Part shown: piece by piece, positions 59,538-64,000 of the stretch
Layout: the number at the start of each line of letters is the position of its first letter
Position numbering within the stretch: position 1 is the first letter of the stretch
From: Sporopachydermia quercuum
Taxonomy: Eukaryota
DNA: 64,000 nucleotides
Direction: 5' to 3'
NCBI GenBank assembly: GCA_001599295.1
Contig: BCGN01000010.1
Coordinates: 124,001-188,000, forward strand
Made by a program: the position numbers and the translations under genes
The notes under the pieces: generated by a model
Told to the model about the DNA's origin: nothing
Seen by the model: the letters and a program-made list of their open reading frames with translations, nothing else
Database searches by the model: none

Positions 59538-61205
59538 ATGACATCCACCGATAATAGTGAGAATATCAACTCGTTTGAACCTTTGATCAGCTCCCAGTTT
59601 CCTTTACTAGAATCGTCTCCATCTTCATCTCACCAAGGATGGCGCATTACCCTGGAAGACACCAAAGTGAGCATAAGAACAATGCTTGTAATAGTCGCTG
59701 CTGCTGTAGGTGGACTAATGTTTGGTTACGACACCGGCGTTATCTCTGGTATGTTGGTTGCCATAAGAAGTGATTTGACCGGGAAACCAATGACCAACCT
59801 TCAGAAAGAAATAGTCACGGCTATAACTTCATTCGGAGCTCTTATCGGTAGTAGTGCAGCGGGTCTTCTATTTGCTAACTTTTACGGTCGCAAGAAAATC
59901 ATTTACTGGTGCTGCTTACTGTTCATTATTGCTACCATTTTCATGACACTTGCCTGGTCCATCTTCATTCTAGCTATCGGTAGACTTTTAGTTGGATTAG
60001 CAATTGGAGGTGCTTCTATGGTTGTCCCAGTGTATATCGCAGAGATTGCACCAGCACGGCATCGAGGAAGAATGATTGCAATGAATACAGTAGCTACTAC
60101 TGGTGGGCAGCTTCTTGCTTATATAATGGGAGCATTACTACAGTATGTAAACAGTGGTTGGAGATACATGGTTTTCTTTGGGACTATCTTTCCCCTAGGG
60201 TTTCTGATTGTCATGCCATGGATCCCTGAGTCGCCAAGGTATTTAGTGTTGAAGGGCGACCTACTGGCTGCTAAAAATGCGGTTTCCGAGTTATATCCAG
60301 AAGCATCTACTAGTCAGATTTCTGACCATGTGAAAGTAATCCAGAACAATTTAGAGCAAATGGGTATTGATTCAGCTGGAAGTACATCTACAGCTACTAA
60401 GAGTAGTATTAGTATTAAGGAACTGTTTGAACGTCTTATTTCTCAACCAGCGGCTGTTAGAGGTTGTACGGTTGCTTGCTGTTTGATGGCATTTCAACAG
60501 CTCTGCGGGTTCAATTCGTTCATGTACTATTCAGCCTCGATCTTTGAATCATTGGGGTTCCATAATTCAGTAGCCGTTAGCATTGTTGTTTCATTATCTA
60601 ATTTTGTATTTACGTTTATAGCCGTTTACGGTGTTGATATTTTTGGTAGAAGGAAACTGTTGCTCTCCACGGTATGGCTATTAGCTGTGGCACTACTCAC
60701 TGCTTCACTTGTGGCGAAGTTTGGCGCTATATCCCTAAACGAGCCTAGCGATGCTATTGGAAGCATGTCAAGTTCTAAAGAAAACACTGTTTCCATCGGA
60801 ACATACTTGATAGTTGCTGCTATCCTATTATTTGTTGCTGCCTATGCAAGTGCTCTGGGAATGATTCCTTGGCATGCAATTGAATTTATCCCTTTGGAAA
60901 CACGGATTCTAGTATCAACACTCATGAGTGCTACTAATTGGCTGACTAATATAGTAGTATCATCCACATATCTATCTTTATTGGCTCATATTGGTGTTAG
61001 CGGCACATTTGCCTTGTATTTCAGTATCTGCACCATTGGATATATAATGATATACTATTGGTATCCTGAGGTTAAAGGATTACCATTGGAAATAGTTCCT
61101 AGATGTTTTGAACGAGGATTTGGTTATAAGTATGGTGAACTTGTTCGAAAAGAATATGAAAGAGAGGCTGAGGAAGAAGGAATCGGGGAAAGAGGTCAAT
61201 ATTAA
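59538..61205 (+). CDS. CIN10: MFS sugar-porter, inositol-transporter-like (Cin10/YDR387C-like), 555 aa
   Basis: GGLMFGYDTGVISG, YGRKK, VYIAEIAP..RG, PESPRYL, QQLCGFNSFMYY, PEVKG; symbol rests partly on adjacency to RVS167. Confidence 0.8.
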   Translation: MTSTDNSENINSFEPLISSQFPLLESSPSSSHQGWRITLEDTKVSIRTMLVIVAAAVGGLMFGYDTGVISGMLVAIRSDLTGKPMTNLQKEIVTAITSFGALIGSSAAGLLFANFYGRKKIIYWCCLLFIIATIFMTLAWSIFILAIGRLLVGLAIGGASMVVPVYIAEIAPARHRGRMIAMNTVATTGGQLLAYIMGALLQYVNSGWRYMVFFGTIFPLGFLIVMPWIPESPRYLVLKGDLLAAKNAVSELYPEASTSQISDHVKVIQNNLEQMGIDSAGSTSTATKSSISIKELFERLISQPAAVRGCTVACCLMAFQQLCGFNSFMYYSASIFESLGFHNSVAVSIVVSLSNFVFTFIAVYGVDIFGRRKLLLSTVWLLAVALLTASLVAKFGAISLNEPSDAIGSMSSSKENTVSIGTYLIVAAILLFVAAYASALGMIPWHAIEFIPLETRILVSTLMSATNWLTNIVVSSTYLSLLAHIGVSGTFALYFSICTIGYIMIYYWYPEVKGLPLEIVPRCFERGFGYKYGELVRKEYEREAEEEGIGERGQY

Positions 61206-61570
61206 AACATGACAAAGCAAAACTATCTCAATCATAATGAGAGGAGATTGAGTAAGTAGACCATTACTGCATAGAATAAATTATCAAACTAGATGCAGCA
61301 TTAGATAGAGCATCAAGTATATACAAGCATCGAAAACCCATGATATTCTAAAAGACGCAAGAAAAACAATAGAAGATATTAGAATATATTGGAATATCCA
61401 CGAAATAATAGTGGATGCAAAACATAGATATTCCAAGTTTTCTGACCCTGGAAACCTTTTGCGTATTTATATGTTGCTTTTACAGCTCACACTCAAAGCT
61501 GCTTCAACCTCTGGCAAAAAAACCATTGAGCCAGAGCTTATTCTTTTTTCGTTTGAAAGTTGAATCATAA

Positions 61571-64000
61571 TCAGGTATGTCTTGATGGAGTACTCCCTGG
61601 CCAACCGGCATATGTAGAACTGGCAGTTGTGGAGTTCAGGAGAATACTGGAATTAGAGCTTTCAATTAATGCTATTCCTCCATCTGTTTGCTGCAGTTCA
61701 AATAGTTTTTCTTGAATGGCCTGATTCAGTTTCACTGACAGCTGAGTTTTCAAATCTGGTTCTTCCGATGGAGCTTCTCTGTGTTTTTGTATAGGTTGAT
61801 TGATTATCTGCTCAAATACATCTTTGAGTTTTTTAGTTAATGCTAAGGCTAAGGCTGCTTTTCCTGTGGTGGGGAGGATAGGATTCGATTGGTGTGAGAG
61901 TACATAGATTGTTGTGATGCGAAATGCATATCTGCTGGAATATGTGTCTGGGATACTTACGGGCCAGAAATGTTTTCCTTGCTCTTGTTGATAAAACAAT
62001 GTTGTCTGATATTGCGCCTCCTCCTTCAAGCTCATCTATGCCTATCATCTGTAGTAGCAATAAGGCAGCATGGAATAGCATTATATGGATATGATTAGGT
62101 ACGTATCGCAGAGCATCCAACACATCTTTGTCCAATGTGGCTAGTCGAAGTACTGTCAACGCTGCAACGAAAGCTATTTTGTCCCAGACATCAACTGGCC
62201 AGTTTGGTTGAGATGATTGCGATTGATCTTCTGCTGTGGCTATGTTTGCTTCATTTACATGATATACCGTCTCATTACTATCGAAATTTCCAGAATCTTT
62301 CAATCTTCGGATGGCGGAAGAGTTAATTTGCATTTTAGCAAAATTATAGTGAATAAATGCAGACTTAGATGCCCAGCACAATATTGCTCCTTCGTTTATT
62401 TCATTACCTGTGTTTAATAATTTATTAGGACTAAGCACACATGCCCAAGAAGCCATCCATTTGTACAATTTAATATCAGTTTGCCACAGAATTCCCAAAT
62501 TTGAAGGGGTAATAATGTTCCATCCTCTTTGACCAAAGAGTAATTTGACTGCATGATTATATTCTACCTGTGATACAAGTCTTATATCTGAGAAGAAACT
62601 GCTACTCAAGGGTTTGTCATACCCTTCGTTTGAGAGATCTTCATACTGTGGGATGAACTGTTTTTGATGACCTTCATGAGAATATTGGTTGTTATCCTGT
62701 CTGTCATCTACANCATGAGAATTTCGCTGACTATTCTTAGGCTGGCTTTCAAGGGTTCTTTCCTTCTCGCTCTGCACTTGTTCTTCCATCCTAAGCAAAT
62801 CAGGAACTAGCTTAATATCTGAACCGATTTCTTGCATCAAGCTTGATGATTGTTTACTGTAACAAAGAGGTGAATGCAATCTTAATCTTTCATCTTTCTC
62901 CTTTATTAAAGTGCGACACTGAATCTGGGTCGTTTCTTCTCTCGGGATCAAAGGGGGTTTGTTAAATGTGATACTTTGATGTCCATCAAGTATATATAGC
63001 AAGCACCATAGCCTTAACCGTTCATCACCTGAAATGGCACTGCCGGCACTAATTCTATTGTTATCTTCCAGATTGTTACCAGGTACATTTCTTCTATTTT
63101 GCTCTCCAGAAATATTTAGTCTTAAAACAGTTGCCAGCTGAAGAGCAATTCCCACAAGCAAATTGCTATCAGGTAGCCAAAATCCCCCTATGCAGAGAGC
63201 AACAATTGCATCAATTATTTCTGCTTCGGATTTTGGTCGAGAGAACAAAATGTCTTTTGATAGCCGCTGCATTTCTAATTGTAATTTACTATTCAGGTGG
63301 TTTAAATAAGGATGATGCATTGATGCTACCGTGCAGATTGCAGCAACCAATATTGGCGAACGAATCCATATATTAGGCAATGAATAGTTTGATACTCTAA
63401 AGTCAAACAAATAAGAAGAAATGGTGATATCAAAGAAGGAAAAAAGGTCAGAGGCTTGATCAAAAGTAATTAAGCCGTTTGTGCGTAAGTCCTTTTGTGG
63501 ATTGTTTTTAGTTTTTGCAATGAAAAATGGGATTTGTGTTTGTATGGCTCTTGCGCGTCTATGGTTCGAATTGTAAACTTTATCGCTACTATTGTAATGA
63601 TTCTTATTGTTATAATTGTTGGGTTTAGTTTTTATATTATGAGGGGTATCAGCAGTCTGTCGCTGATCAACAAAGCATTGTTGCTGATGGGGATAATATG
63701 GTTCTTGAGAGTTCTGATGTCGAGTCTCGGTCAGGGGATGGTTCATGTATTGTAAATTGGGAATATTACGCAAACTGAAAGGATCTGGTAGTTGGAAGCC
63801 GTCAGGGTTGTGCTTTCTACCTTGAGGGCTGCCCTCTGGTGATGGATAATTTTCAACTGATAAACTATTCCCTCTGTAAAGAGGATAGGAAAGATTAAAA
63901 TTAAAATTATAATCATTGTTAACATCATCTGGGATTTCATTGACTTGTTTTTGCTTCTGCTTTTTTTGTCTATCTTGGAGCTCATTTGGATTCTTGGGCC
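61571..64000 (-). CDS. Fungal-specific transcription factor (Zn2Cys6-family middle homology region), 5'-truncated by the window edge, one intron
   Basis: Frame stays open from the window end to 61961; intron 61960-61864 (GTAAGT..CACAG) joins the two track ORFs as FLAR/KAALALAL; SPILVAAICTVAS, RLRLWCLLYILDGHQS, DIRLVSQVEY; the zinc cluster itself is not visible. Confidence 0.8.

Overview
Eukaryotic, AT-rich, gene-dense window from an intron-rich budding yeast (Saccharomycotina). Conserved Leu positions use CTG, so the code is standard rather than CUG-Ser/Ala. I can support 30 protein-coding genes, mostly housekeeping, and 15 of them need splicing that the ORF track misses or truncates. One gene, a 67-aa three-exon MIN8/NDUFA4-like microprotein, is absent from the track entirely. 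Several gene neighbourhoods match S. cerevisiae order as recalled from systematic names (ATG12-YBP1-HPC2-PKP2, URN1-PRE9-MAY24, SAC7-RVS167-CIN10, DPC29-VMA7, YPR011C-MIN8). I found no tRNA, rRNA, snRNA, transposase, CRISPR array or obvious HGT island, and no convincing new multi-gene system. The most interesting signals are regulatory: a non-AUG presequence-like extension on SUA5, competing ATG-only first exons plus a candidate 3'UTR intron at UBC12, an intron-embedded in-frame ATG at HPC2, a 105-bp fold-back upstream of a retained Rab4, and a candidate spliced non-coding transcript near 11.1-11.8 kb. Gene identities come from motif recognition, not database searches.
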